From the IMG/VR virus record IMGVR_UViG_3300008259_004339, positions 56,633 to 76,632 of that record: a stretch of DNA of 20,000 nt. One strand, written 5' to 3'. The stretch is from an uncultured virus (IMG/VR IMGVR_UViG_3300008259_004339). Lineage: Duplodnaviria > Heunggongvirae > Uroviricota > Caudoviricetes. Shown one piece after another: positions 9,833 to 17,915 of this stretch. The first letter of the stretch is position 1; the number at the start of each line of letters is the position of its first letter. The notes below the pieces were generated by a model. The model was not told the DNA's origin and did not search any database. It saw only the letters and a program-made list of their open reading frames with translations. A program made the position numbers and the translations under genes.

Positions 9833-10049
9833 TATTTAATATTCTACTACGCTTTTGCAAAATTTCAATGTCTTTTGATATTTTATTGTTTTTAACATTA
9901 ATTAATTCCAATGCATCTACCGTTAGAATTTGATGATCGTCAAACTGTCTAAGCAGCTTGATAAACAAGTAAAAGTTTGCAAAAGTAAAAATGGCTACTA
10001 TTATTAGTAGTAGCCACATCATCGTTTGATTATTGAATATGTAACTCAT
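9798..10049 (-). CDS. Small protein with N-terminal transmembrane helix and coiled coil
   Basis: MMWLLLIIVAIFTFANFYLFIKLL followed by a heptad-like tail. The start codon is uncertain (10067, 10055, 10049 or 10022). Confidence 0.55.
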   Translation of the reverse strand: MSYIFNNQTMMWLLLIIVAIFTFANFYLFIKLLRQFDDHQILTVDALELINVKNNKISKDIEILQKRSRILNNESKENIRKQS

Positions 10050-10090
10050 ATGCATAACTATGCACACATATGAGTTAACATTTATTTCAA

Positions 10091-10294
10091 TTAAGCAGTG
10101 TAACCAGCGCTCAAGACATCACGTAGAGCCTTGATCTGACGACCATTGAGGTCAACGCGGGTCTTACCAGCACGTAGAGTCAAACGTGAAGCCTTCTTGG
10201 CCTTCGCGACTGGGGTAGAGAGATAAATCTCAACGCCGGTGGAGTTATGGCCTACGAAGTTAGTCTTGTTACGAGCATTTGTACGTGTATACAT
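10091..10294 (-). CDS. Small basic hypothetical protein
   Basis: 67 aa, Lys/Arg-rich. It has its own sigma70-like promoter and an A-rich leader. Confidence 0.7.
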   Translation of the reverse strand: MYTRTNARNKTNFVGHNSTGVEIYLSTPVAKAKKASRLTLRAGKTRVDLNGRQIKALRDVLSAGYTA

Positions 10295-10359
10295 ATTATT
10301 TATTACTTTCTTTTTTTGTTTGTTTTTTGTTTCGTTAGTTTCATCACTAACTTAAATTT

Positions 10360-10388
10360 ATCTTACCATCCAATGTTCAAACCGTCAA
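10360..10388 (-). promoter_or_regulatory. Sigma70-type promoter
   Basis: TTGACG-N17-TAAGAT with extended -10 TG. Confidence 0.7.
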
Positions 10389-10399
10389 TGACTTTTTAA

Positions 10400-11311
10400 T
10401 TATTTTTTGAATTCTTTTTCAAACCGATCAAGAGCATAGTCCTTTGCTTTGAATTCAAATTCAAAATCTACATCAAGATCAACATATTCATCTGGAACAC
10501 TGCGTACATAATCACCGTGCGCACGTGGATTCTTGTTGGTTAGATCGTTGTCACTGAAATGAAATAGCGGACGATGATTTCCCCAAGTGGACGTAGCCAA
10601 TTTAACTGCCTCTTTAGCAGACAATTTGCCTGGGTTACAACGAAAGTGAAGATTGTCGTAAGTGATAGGAATGCCAGTATTTGAATAAATTAATTCATAC
10701 AATTCTTCTACCTTCCAACTGTTTGGCTTGTCTTCATTCTCAAGTACCAATCGAGACTTTACATTTACAGGAAAATTATTGTACACATCAATAAAACGTT
10801 TAGCAATATCTTTGGCATTGCCTTTATAACAATTCATATGAATATTAATAGGAGCTTCATATGATTGTGGCAAACCAAATAAATCCATAATAGATGCATG
10901 GTTTTTTAGTTCAATAATAGACTTTTCCACAACAGTCTTTGTAGCACTTGCAGGCACAACAAATTGATCGGGATGTGTACTACATCGTAAATTGTTCTTT
11001 TTAATAATTTCAGCACCACGTTTGAATTCAGCATAAATACGGTCTTTGTCAGGAAGAACATCAAACGATAAATTTGCTTCGGGTAAAGTAGCCAATGGAA
11101 ATAAATCACTGCTAATTCGATAATTCCATCCTTTACTTATACAAAAAGAAAAGGTATTTACCGCAACATTTACATTGTTCAAGGTACGCTGTGAAACAGT
11201 AGATAAAGCATTTTTTCGTTCCAATGCCAAGAATCTAGTCTTGGTCATAGTATTAGCTTTGAGTCCTTTTTCTTGAAGTTGAAGAGAAATACAGCACAAT
11301 GATTTTTTCAT
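10400..11311 (-). CDS. uvsE: UV-damage endonuclease UvsE/UVDE
   Basis: YRISSDLFP, HPDQFVV, INIH, RLVLENED, IPITYDNLH, PLFHFS, RAHGDY and EFKAKD. The true start is likely ATG 11311 (MKKSLCCI). Confidence 0.9.
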   Translation of the reverse strand: MKKSLCCISLQLQEKGLKANTMTKTRFLALERKNALSTVSQRTLNNVNVAVNTFSFCISKGWNYRISSDLFPLATLPEANLSFDVLPDKDRIYAEFKRGAEIIKKNNLRCSTHPDQFVVPASATKTVVEKSIIELKNHASIMDLFGLPQSYEAPINIHMNCYKGNAKDIAKRFIDVYNNFPVNVKSRLVLENEDKPNSWKVEELYELIYSNTGIPITYDNLHFRCNPGKLSAKEAVKLATSTWGNHRPLFHFSDNDLTNKNPRAHGDYVRSVPDEYVDLDVDFEFEFKAKDYALDRFEKEFKK

Positions 11312-11318
11312 TGCTATC

Positions 11319-11347
11319 ATCTTACCAACAAATTTATAATAAGTCAA
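11319..11347 (-). promoter_or_regulatory. Sigma70-type promoter for uvsE (near-leaderless)
   Basis: TTGACT-N17-TAAGAT with TG extension. Only 7 nt separate the -10 element from the ATG. Confidence 0.7.
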
Positions 11348-11350
11348 GCC

Positions 11351-12385
11351 TTAAGTCCAAGGATACAATGGTAACTTATATTTTGTTCCGCCTATTAAAA
11401 TTCCTATGTAACCAGCAATAGGACTACCAGCCCCACTTATAAACATAGAATTTGATCCTGTGATAGCATTATTCAATTCTAATGTACCATTTATAATAAA
11501 ATTATTTTGAATTTTGCCACTACTGCCAGTTACTTTTGTAAAAGAAGAATATCCACCAGTAATATTTCCAAAAGCAGCATATCCCCCACTGATACTTCCA
11601 GTAAACGAAGTAGCAACTAATCTACCAGTTATTAACCCGCTACTACCGGTTATTTTATTAAATGTAGCCAAGGCGCCACTGATACTATTAAAAGTAGCCA
11701 AGGCGCCACTGATACTTCCTGTAAATGAATTTGCGGTAAATTTATTAAAACTAGCTCTACTACCGCTAATACTACCAGTAAATGATGTGGCTATTACTCT
11801 ACCTGTTATTTTAGCATTACTACCACTTAACTTGGTAAAATTACCTTGACTTCCACTAAAACTGCCTGTAAATGATCCTGTGAAATTACCTCTGACCTGT
11901 CTTGAGTTGAATCGTGTATAACTACCAACGGAAAATGTTCCTATTTGAATTGTGGTAGCAGCACCACCAAACTCTATTGTGGTTGGACTTGATAGTAAAA
12001 GTGGCGAACCATTTGTACTATCTATATCTCCACCAATATTAACACTGCCATTGGTATTTAATGTGTTTGAAGAAGCATCATAATTTAATGAAGTATCATA
12101 TCCCAATGTTCTTTGACCACTTCCATCAGAAAATATTATATATTTGGTGCCAGCAACACTTGATTGATTTTTAACAAAAGTACTACCACTAAAACTACCC
12201 GTAAAATTTGTAGCAATTACTTCACCTCTTTTGAGAACTTTGAATTTTGTGACACTCCCAAGTTGTAAATCAATAAGTTTACTGGTACTATCTGACGGTC
12301 CTGAATCCGCTACATTCATTTTTATCGCAGTCTGATCACCAGACCCGAATGTAGCGGTCATTGCATTAATTGGGGTATTTGCCAT
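11351..12385 (-). CDS. Gly/Ser/Thr-rich repeat protein, putative virion fibre or decoration protein
   Basis: Multiple (A/T/N)SFTGS(I/F)SG..A.F.K.TG repeats and a C-terminal GYIGILIGGTKYKLPLY typical of phage fibre ends. Confidence 0.6.
   Translation of the reverse strand: MANTPINAMTATFGSGDQTAIKMNVADSGPSDSTSKLIDLQLGSVTKFKVLKRGEVIATNFTGSFSGSTFVKNQSSVAGTKYIIFSDGSGQRTLGYDTSLNYDASSNTLNTNGSVNIGGDIDSTNGSPLLLSSPTTIEFGGAATTIQIGTFSVGSYTRFNSRQVRGNFTGSFTGSFSGSQGNFTKLSGSNAKITGRVIATSFTGSISGSRASFNKFTANSFTGSISGALATFNSISGALATFNKITGSSGLITGRLVATSFTGSISGGYAAFGNITGGYSSFTKVTGSSGKIQNNFIINGTLELNNAITGSNSMFISGAGSPIAGYIGILIGGTKYKLPLYPWT
11657..11716. repeat. 30-bp tandem duplication (29/30 identical) encoding SISGALATFN twice
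   Basis: attaaatgtagccaaggcgccactgatact / attaaaagtagccaaggcgccactgatact. Confidence 0.9.
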
Positions 12386-12395
12386 AAATTACTCT

Positions 12396-12410
12396 TATAA
12401 ATATAAATAG
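12396..12410 (-). promoter_or_regulatory. Tandem TATTTATA motif, candidate late promoter
   Basis: Coding strand reads CTATTTATATTTATA, 10 nt before the fibre gene ATG. Confidence 0.5.
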
Positions 12411-12443
12411 TATGTATAATAAGTAATTTATATTATAATAATT

Positions 12444-13628
12444 CTATCTACCAACTTCTTTGAAATATGTGTCTTTAGCTTCTTGATAAGACATCCCAAA
12501 CATCTGGTTATAAAAATGTACTGTATTCTTTAAATTTGATTCACTCTTTAGCTTTTTATATCGATCTACAGCCTTTGGTCGCCACCACTCAATTACCCCT
12601 TGCATATCACGTTTAAAGAGGTCTTTCATATTCAATTGATCAATACCTATTTTGCTTTGTAAAAACTCTTTGGTATTTTCATAAAAACAACTATAATATA
12701 CACCTCGTTCATATCCGTGTTGATAATTGGATTGTTTTATACCACATTTACTAAATATCATACCAAGAATACGAGATTTGGCTCCAGTTACAGGTCCACT
12801 TACTCCTTCTTTTTGAGTGAGTGCTTTATCATAAGCAGTTACATCAATGTCTTTCAACCAATTGTGCCAAGTTTCATAAATACTATCATCTGGTTTAATT
12901 GAAATTTTACCAGCACTGCTACCACATTTGTGCCACCATTTTAAACTGTTATACATACTATAACTACCATACAAACTTGTAGTTGTCATACCCACAAGAG
13001 TTTGATCGTATAATTGTTTCCAAAGATCACGTACAGTTGATGTGGTAATCATAGCAGCTACTAATTTACCACCTAGAAAATTATAACCAATTGGTTGGGT
13101 ACTCATAATACAACTACCAATTGCACTATGTGCCAATCGTTTGTTATCCATTTTATCAGTTGTAGTCCACCCCAAATAATTATCACGATCAGTAATAGCA
13201 ATTACATCGCTGGAAACACTAATACAACCAATATACTTTGGACTATCAACATTACCATCGGTTACAAGAAATTTAATAAATCTACCAGGAGTTTGGTCAA
13301 ATGTCATTGTATGACCAAAAATACGAAGAATCGTCCAGTCTTCATTTTGTTGTTTTGTTTCAACATACACTAACGTTGGATTTATACTTTCTATTTCTTT
13401 AATAGTTAAAGATTCATCATTGATATCAGTGGGAGTCCAAATTCTAGCTTTAATTGTATTAGCCTTACTGGATAAACTTTCACAAGTTTGTATTTCCAAC
13501 CACTTTTTGTAAAAGGTCTGTTCTTCTACAGACATAGCTTTTAACAAATTAAGATTATCAATTAATTTTCGTTTGTTTCCCTCAAAATCAAATGCTTCTA
13601 CTCCAAAGTATTCTTGTAACGCATCCAT
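12444..13628 (-). CDS. DUF4338 / Druantia DruA-like protein
   Basis: PGR.IKFLV.D, G.ISVSSD....DRD.YLGW, QP.GYNFLGGKLVA and TTTSLYG..SMYN motifs recalled from DruA/DUF4338 proteins. Confidence 0.7.
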   Translation of the reverse strand: MDALQEYFGVEAFDFEGNKRKLIDNLNLLKAMSVEEQTFYKKWLEIQTCESLSSKANTIKARIWTPTDINDESLTIKEIESINPTLVYVETKQQNEDWTILRIFGHTMTFDQTPGRFIKFLVTDGNVDSPKYIGCISVSSDVIAITDRDNYLGWTTTDKMDNKRLAHSAIGSCIMSTQPIGYNFLGGKLVAAMITTSTVRDLWKQLYDQTLVGMTTTSLYGSYSMYNSLKWWHKCGSSAGKISIKPDDSIYETWHNWLKDIDVTAYDKALTQKEGVSGPVTGAKSRILGMIFSKCGIKQSNYQHGYERGVYYSCFYENTKEFLQSKIGIDQLNMKDLFKRDMQGVIEWWRPKAVDRYKKLKSESNLKNTVHFYNQMFGMSYQEAKDTYFKEVGR

Positions 13629-13629
13629 A

Positions 13630-13863
13630 TCATTCTTTTTTTCTTAAAATCATTGAAAATTTTAACGTCAATTCGTTTGTAGATCTCTTAACTTCTATTA
13701 TTTTCCACTTTTCTTTTAGTGTATCCAAATACAAATTGGTACCGTTATCAACATACTCTATAGGCAATTTAAGATCAAGTAAATCTTTTTCCTCATATAC
13801 CAAAAAGTTTTTTTTGTTGAGTTTGTCTAAATATAGTAGTACTTTGTCTCTTTTTTTTGCCAT
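13630..13863 (-). CDS. Small basic hypothetical protein
   Basis: MAKKRDKVLL..., 77 aa. It ends 1 nt before the DruA-like ATG and is preceded by CTATTTATA. Confidence 0.6.
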   Translation of the reverse strand: MAKKRDKVLLYLDKLNKKNFLVYEEKDLLDLKLPIEYVDNGTNLYLDTLKEKWKIIEVKRSTNELTLKFSMILRKKE

Positions 13864-13870
13864 AATATAG

Positions 13871-13879
13871 TATAAATAG
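13871..13879 (-). promoter_or_regulatory. CTATTTATA motif, candidate late promoter
   Basis: 7 nt upstream of ATG 13863, immediately after a terminator. Confidence 0.45.
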
Positions 13880-13911
13880 AAAAACCGCATATCAAATCAA
13901 AGATATACGGT
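13880..13911 (-). terminator. Intrinsic terminator
   Basis: Stem ACCGTATATC / GATATGCGGT (one G-U pair), 8-nt loop, followed by a T run. Confidence 0.65.
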
Positions 13912-13934
13912 GCTTCAATTATATGATTTTTAGT

Positions 13935-14303
13935 TTAAACATTAACCGAATTGGTCTTTGTTGTGTCAACATCAACCACAACAACCGATTCCTTGGCAGA
14001 TGAATTGATATTAACCATTTCAACCAACAATTCACGATTGAGATGTACACCCTTGCTCTTAGCCTCATCAATAATAGACTTGGTAATTGAGCCAAATACG
14101 TGTACCAAAGTTGGACGACCTTTACCATTAGGCAAAACACCAATTACATTTAGTTCACCTCGTTTAATTGCTTTCTTAACCTTGTCACGTAAACTAATAG
14201 TTACGATATCAGGATTAAGTTCGTTTAGTTCCTTAATTGTAAAAATACAACTTGGATACGTTACTGTTTGATTTGTCTTATTCTTACGATCTGTCTTTTT
14301 CAT
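13935..14303 (-). CDS. Putative winged helix-turn-helix DNA-binding protein
   Basis: FTIKELNELN...SLRDKVKKAIKRGEL.VIG....GKGRPTLVH: helix-helix-wing arrangement with GRP. AGAAAGGA ribosome-binding site. Confidence 0.55.
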   Translation of the reverse strand: MKKTDRKNKTNQTVTYPSCIFTIKELNELNPDIVTISLRDKVKKAIKRGELNVIGVLPNGKGRPTLVHVFGSITKSIIDEAKSKGVHLNRELLVEMVNINSSAKESVVVVDVDTTKTNSVNV

Positions 14304-14350
14304 ATTTTATCCTTTCTTGTTTATGTTGTGATAAATTTCCCCGTTTATAT

Positions 14351-14378
14351 ATTATACCATCTTTATATTATATGTCAA
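14351..14378 (-). promoter_or_regulatory. Consensus sigma70 promoter
   Basis: TTGACA-N16-TATAAT with TG extension. The -35 element lies in the last codons of the VWA gene. Confidence 0.75.
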
Positions 14379-16446
14379 TAGCTTCCATCATCTTACTATT
14401 GACCGTTTTAACAATCTGATTCAAATTCTCCACATTAATAAAATGTGAGTCACTACCATACATTGTCTTAAAGTTCTGACGTAACAATTCAATGCCAAAA
14501 TTATCATAATCAGATACGAAATAGGAAATAATATTATAACCAGATTCCTTAATCTTTCTTACTTGAGTGCGTGTATGTTCACAAGCTGATTTGTCACGAT
14601 AAGAAAATGCAATACCAGATGAAGTGTTGTTGTAATAGAAACACGGTTCACCATCACTAATATTAACAAAATAACTGTTTGTATTAGTATCAGACTTAGG
14701 CAGAAACTTCATTAGTGCTTCAAAACACAATCCTTCTGGAGTGGTATTCACTGGAATTAAATAAGAAAACAAATTCTTAATCTTTGAGAACTTATCTACC
14801 TTAGAATTATAAGCAACCACAATGTATGGATTGTAGCTCATAGTAGTACGAAAACTAATAGTAAGATCAACATTATCAATCATAGATGTAGCCTTTGCTA
14901 GTGCTACACATAACTTGATTGTACGATTCCACTTTGGTCCACGCATACTAGCACTAGCATCTACACTAATATGGAAGTTTACCTTCTTATATTTATTGGT
15001 AAATGTGCTGTAAAAGATATTGGTATCAGTCTCAAATCCCAATTCGTGCATCAAACGCTTATCGATCTTACCCAAATTACGACGGGTAAACTTATCAATA
15101 TTAATTTCATTACGAATTTGAAGACGACGACCTAGCTTTGTACCCAAAACAATACCAGCATCCACATTCTTTTGTAGTTCAGTACGACTACTTTCATTGT
15201 TAGCACCAACGCTCATTGGAAATTCTTCAGATAGAATAAGTTCCTTGGTCATATTCTTAACCAAGATACATTCTACACTTCCAACAAATCCACTAGCCTT
15301 CATCATATCTTGAGCTACAGGCACAAGATCGATCTGACTCTTTTCAAGAACATCCAACATCGTCTTTTCACGCTTGGAAACCTTCTTCTTTTTGATCTTA
15401 CCAGCAAGAAAGTCTTTCTGTTTCTCAAAACTCTTAGCAATCTTGCTCTGTTTGGTCTTGCTGATATTTGCATCTGTACCAACATCAGTTGTTACAGCAG
15501 CATTATCACTTGTTACAGTAGACTCAGTACCACCAAGTACATCATCAGTTGATTTACCAGATTCGCCATCACCAGGCATTCCATTGGAATTGTCAGGTAC
15601 ACCACTATCATTTTGATCAAATCCAGGCCCAGTTTGCTTTTGATTGTGTTCATTGATATTTTTAAATACAATTTCTGCAATTTTATAAGCAACATTCAAC
15701 CGATCCTTTGGAGTAGTCAATCGACTAATATTGGTAAGATCCAATTCTTTGGCAATATCGTACAAACCAGGCAAAGCCTTAAGATTGGTATTAGGATTTG
15801 TAAGATTGATAATACGGTACATATAAGACTCAACGCTTAGTGTGCGATACATATCGCTGTCCAAAGCATCACTAATTACCTTGTTATTAAAGTATTCGTC
15901 GTACAAAGCATCGTAGTATCCACGATAGCCAGGAGCATTACGATGTACAGTATAATCGATAAAACGATCTTCTACATAGTTTAGAATAGTCTGACAAGTC
16001 TTACCCACTTCATCTTTTGAAATGCTTAACTTTTCAGTATAGTTATAAATGTCACGGGGAACATTCATCCATACAGTCTTAAACAATTCAAAATCAGAAT
16101 ATTTGATGTGGCTGCCTTCGTGTAAGGCTAGTCCGACAGCCACATCAAAATTATCCTTCTTGGTAATATCGCTACTGATATAGACTAGCTTACCATCAGT
16201 ACAATTTACAGCACTATCATTGAATACTACAGGAATATTCTGGTTCGTCAGAATACTAACATAGTTAGCAACAGCACGACGAGCTGAAGATAAACGAATC
16301 AACCTAGCTGTAGTATCACTGAGACGATCCTCAGCATCAACTGTAGCATCTGTACCTGATTCTTCTTCAATAGCCGCATCTAGCTCATCTTCCCAATCCC
16401 ATTCATAATGGTTGTCTTTAAGCCAGAAATCACTGTAGTTACTCAT
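14368..16446 (-). CDS. VWA-domain protein with N-terminal HExxH metallopeptidase-like domain (MoxR partner, CobT-like architecture)
   Basis: ALHEGSH plus NYVEDRFID, an acidic low-complexity linker, and a MIDAS site (VDASASM...TPE...ISDGEP). Confidence 0.8.
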   Translation of the reverse strand: MSNYSDFWLKDNHYEWDWEDELDAAIEEESGTDATVDAEDRLSDTTARLIRLSSARRAVANYVSILTNQNIPVVFNDSAVNCTDGKLVYISSDITKKDNFDVAVGLALHEGSHIKYSDFELFKTVWMNVPRDIYNYTEKLSISKDEVGKTCQTILNYVEDRFIDYTVHRNAPGYRGYYDALYDEYFNNKVISDALDSDMYRTLSVESYMYRIINLTNPNTNLKALPGLYDIAKELDLTNISRLTTPKDRLNVAYKIAEIVFKNINEHNQKQTGPGFDQNDSGVPDNSNGMPGDGESGKSTDDVLGGTESTVTSDNAAVTTDVGTDANISKTKQSKIAKSFEKQKDFLAGKIKKKKVSKREKTMLDVLEKSQIDLVPVAQDMMKASGFVGSVECILVKNMTKELILSEEFPMSVGANNESSRTELQKNVDAGIVLGTKLGRRLQIRNEINIDKFTRRNLGKIDKRLMHELGFETDTNIFYSTFTNKYKKVNFHISVDASASMRGPKWNRTIKLCVALAKATSMIDNVDLTISFRTTMSYNPYIVVAYNSKVDKFSKIKNLFSYLIPVNTTPEGLCFEALMKFLPKSDTNTNSYFVNISDGEPCFYYNNTSSGIAFSYRDKSACEHTRTQVRKIKESGYNIISYFVSDYDNFGIELLRQNFKTMYGSDSHFINVENLNQIVKTVNSKMMEAIDI

Positions 16447-16471
16447 AATAGTTTGTTTGTTTATTTAGTTA

Positions 16472-17443
16472 TTAAAAAGGAGGTTGATCACTCTTTAGTG
16501 GATCATTAAATAGCTTTTCCTTAGATTCAACCTTGATGTACTTTTGTACAAGCTGACGAATATAAGTACGTTCACTATCTACACCTCCATCATCACTGAA
16601 GTTAGGATAAATGGTTGACTCCGCAATTTCAAGCAAATTAAATCCGTCAACAATAAGTTCAGCAATTTCAACTGTACTACGTGTAGGAATAAAATTGGTT
16701 AGCTTGCTATCATCTTGCTTAACCTGCTTACGTGTATGTTCAGCAATTTCACAAACAGCCTTGAGCATATCAAGCTGATTTTCGGTTGAAATGTCGAAAC
16801 GGTTTTTTAGTAGATTAAACTCACTATCCTTGTCAAGAGGAGTTACTTCAATCTTGACTGGAAAACGTGAAAGTAGAGCACGATCCATAACACGGGTAGC
16901 GGTATATTCGTTACCTACGTTAGCGGTAGCGATAAAGGTAACACCTTCAGCAACCTTAACGACTTCACAATCGTCCTTTTCATCCAAACGAAGATAACGT
17001 TGTAGATCATCAAGAACAGTCATTAGAATATTAACACCATCGTGATGACTACGACTAATTTCGTCAAGTAGAATGATAGCGTTGGGAGTACGAATAGCCT
17101 TGATAAAACTAGACTCCTTAAATAGAGTACCAGTCTTCTTATCAAAGTGAGTGTTGCCAATCAAAGCACTACGAGCATCTTGTGTAGCACCCAGATTAAA
17201 ATAGAAGAAGTTATCTTCACGACCAATAGCCTTAGCAACAGTTTGCGCTGCTAGAGTCTTACCACAACCAGTTGGACCAAGAAGCAGAATGTTCTTGCCA
17301 CGAATAGCACTACGCACCATATACTTCCACTTGAGATCGTCCATAATCAAAGAAGATGGACGTAGATTTACACAAGTGTCAAGATAAGCCTTGATATTGA
17401 AGTCCTTGCCAGTAACCAGATTTAGTGAGTTTTTATTTTTCAT
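16472..17443 (-). CDS. MoxR-family AAA+ ATPase (CbbQ/NorQ/CobS-like)
   Basis: Walker A GPTGCGKT, Walker B ILLDE, sensor I IATAN and arginine finger DRALLSRF. Confidence 0.9.
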   Translation of the reverse strand: MKNKNSLNLVTGKDFNIKAYLDTCVNLRPSSLIMDDLKWKYMVRSAIRGKNILLLGPTGCGKTLAAQTVAKAIGREDNFFYFNLGATQDARSALIGNTHFDKKTGTLFKESSFIKAIRTPNAIILLDEISRSHHDGVNILMTVLDDLQRYLRLDEKDDCEVVKVAEGVTFIATANVGNEYTATRVMDRALLSRFPVKIEVTPLDKDSEFNLLKNRFDISTENQLDMLKAVCEIAEHTRKQVKQDDSKLTNFIPTRSTVEIAELIVDGFNLLEIAESTIYPNFSDDGGVDSERTYIRQLVQKYIKVESKEKLFNDPLKSDQPPF

Positions 17444-17465
17444 ATGCGTTTCTTACCGTAAAACC

Positions 17466-17493
17466 ATCTTACCACGGATTTATAAGAAGTCAA
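17466..17493 (-). promoter_or_regulatory. Sigma70-type promoter for the AAA+/VWA operon
   Basis: TTGACT-N16-TAAGAT with TG extension. Confidence 0.7.
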
Positions 17494-17503
17494 CCGGAAA
17501 AAT

Positions 17504-17529
17504 AAAAAAACCACCAGTTACGGTGGTTT
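17504..17529 (-). terminator. Intrinsic terminator
   Basis: AAACCACC-gtaact-GGTGGTTT followed by more Ts on the minus strand. Confidence 0.7.
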
Positions 17530-17550
17530 GGGTTTTTTTAAATGATATTA

Positions 17551-17868
17551 TCAATGATGATGGTGATGATAATGGTATACTGGACGACCCCAAGATCCAT
17601 ATACAACTACTGCTGGTTGTACATAAACAACAGGAGCAGGTTGATAATATACAACAGGTTGAGGTTGTACTACTACAGGCTGTGCATAAACCACTGGTTG
17701 TGGATGTACATATACAACGTGTGTTGGGGGATTTACAATTCTGTCGATAACGTGAATTACGGCGACTCCGGTTAATACTTTGCCAACCGTAGCCCATTCT
17801 CTATCGCCAGCAAATGTTTGGGAAGCTAGAGTTGCACTCAATGCTGCGATAGTAATTAATTTTTTCAT
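17551..17868 (-). CDS. Secreted Pro/Val/Tyr/Gln-repeat protein with C-terminal His tract
   Basis: Sec signal MKKLITIAALSATLASQTFA|G, (QP.PVVY)n repeats and HYHHHHH end. AGAAAGG ribosome-binding site. Confidence 0.75.
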   Translation of the reverse strand: MKKLITIAALSATLASQTFAGDREWATVGKVLTGVAVIHVIDRIVNPPTHVVYVHPQPVVYAQPVVVQPQPVVYYQPAPVVYVQPAVVVYGSWGRPVYHYHHHHH

Positions 17869-17886
17869 ATTTTACCTTTCTTATCC

Positions 17887-17915
17887 ATACTACGTTAGTA
17901 TGGAAAAATTGTCAA
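17887..17915 (-). promoter_or_regulatory. Sigma70-type promoter
   Basis: TTGACA-N17-TAGTAT. Confidence 0.65.

Noticed and set aside
11312..11347. N-terminal extension of UvsE in the ORF track (also 329, 981 and 13890 starts)
   Set aside because: These extensions overlap promoters, terminators or upstream genes. Downstream ATGs fit better.
11514..11849. Plus-strand 111-aa ORF with PLILPVN repeats
   Set aside because: Antisense shadow of the repetitive fibre gene, with no start signals.
12444..12446. Possible TAG stop-codon reassignment, as in some large phages
   Set aside because: No recognisable gene is interrupted by in-frame TAG or TGA. Standard code gives full-length proteins.
17391..17797. 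Overlapping alternative ORFs (Cys/Thr-rich 105 aa, 119 aa, 77 aa)
   Set aside because: Frame shadows of the PVVY-repeat gene, which alone has a promoter, RBS and signal peptide. Two of them run through the terminator.
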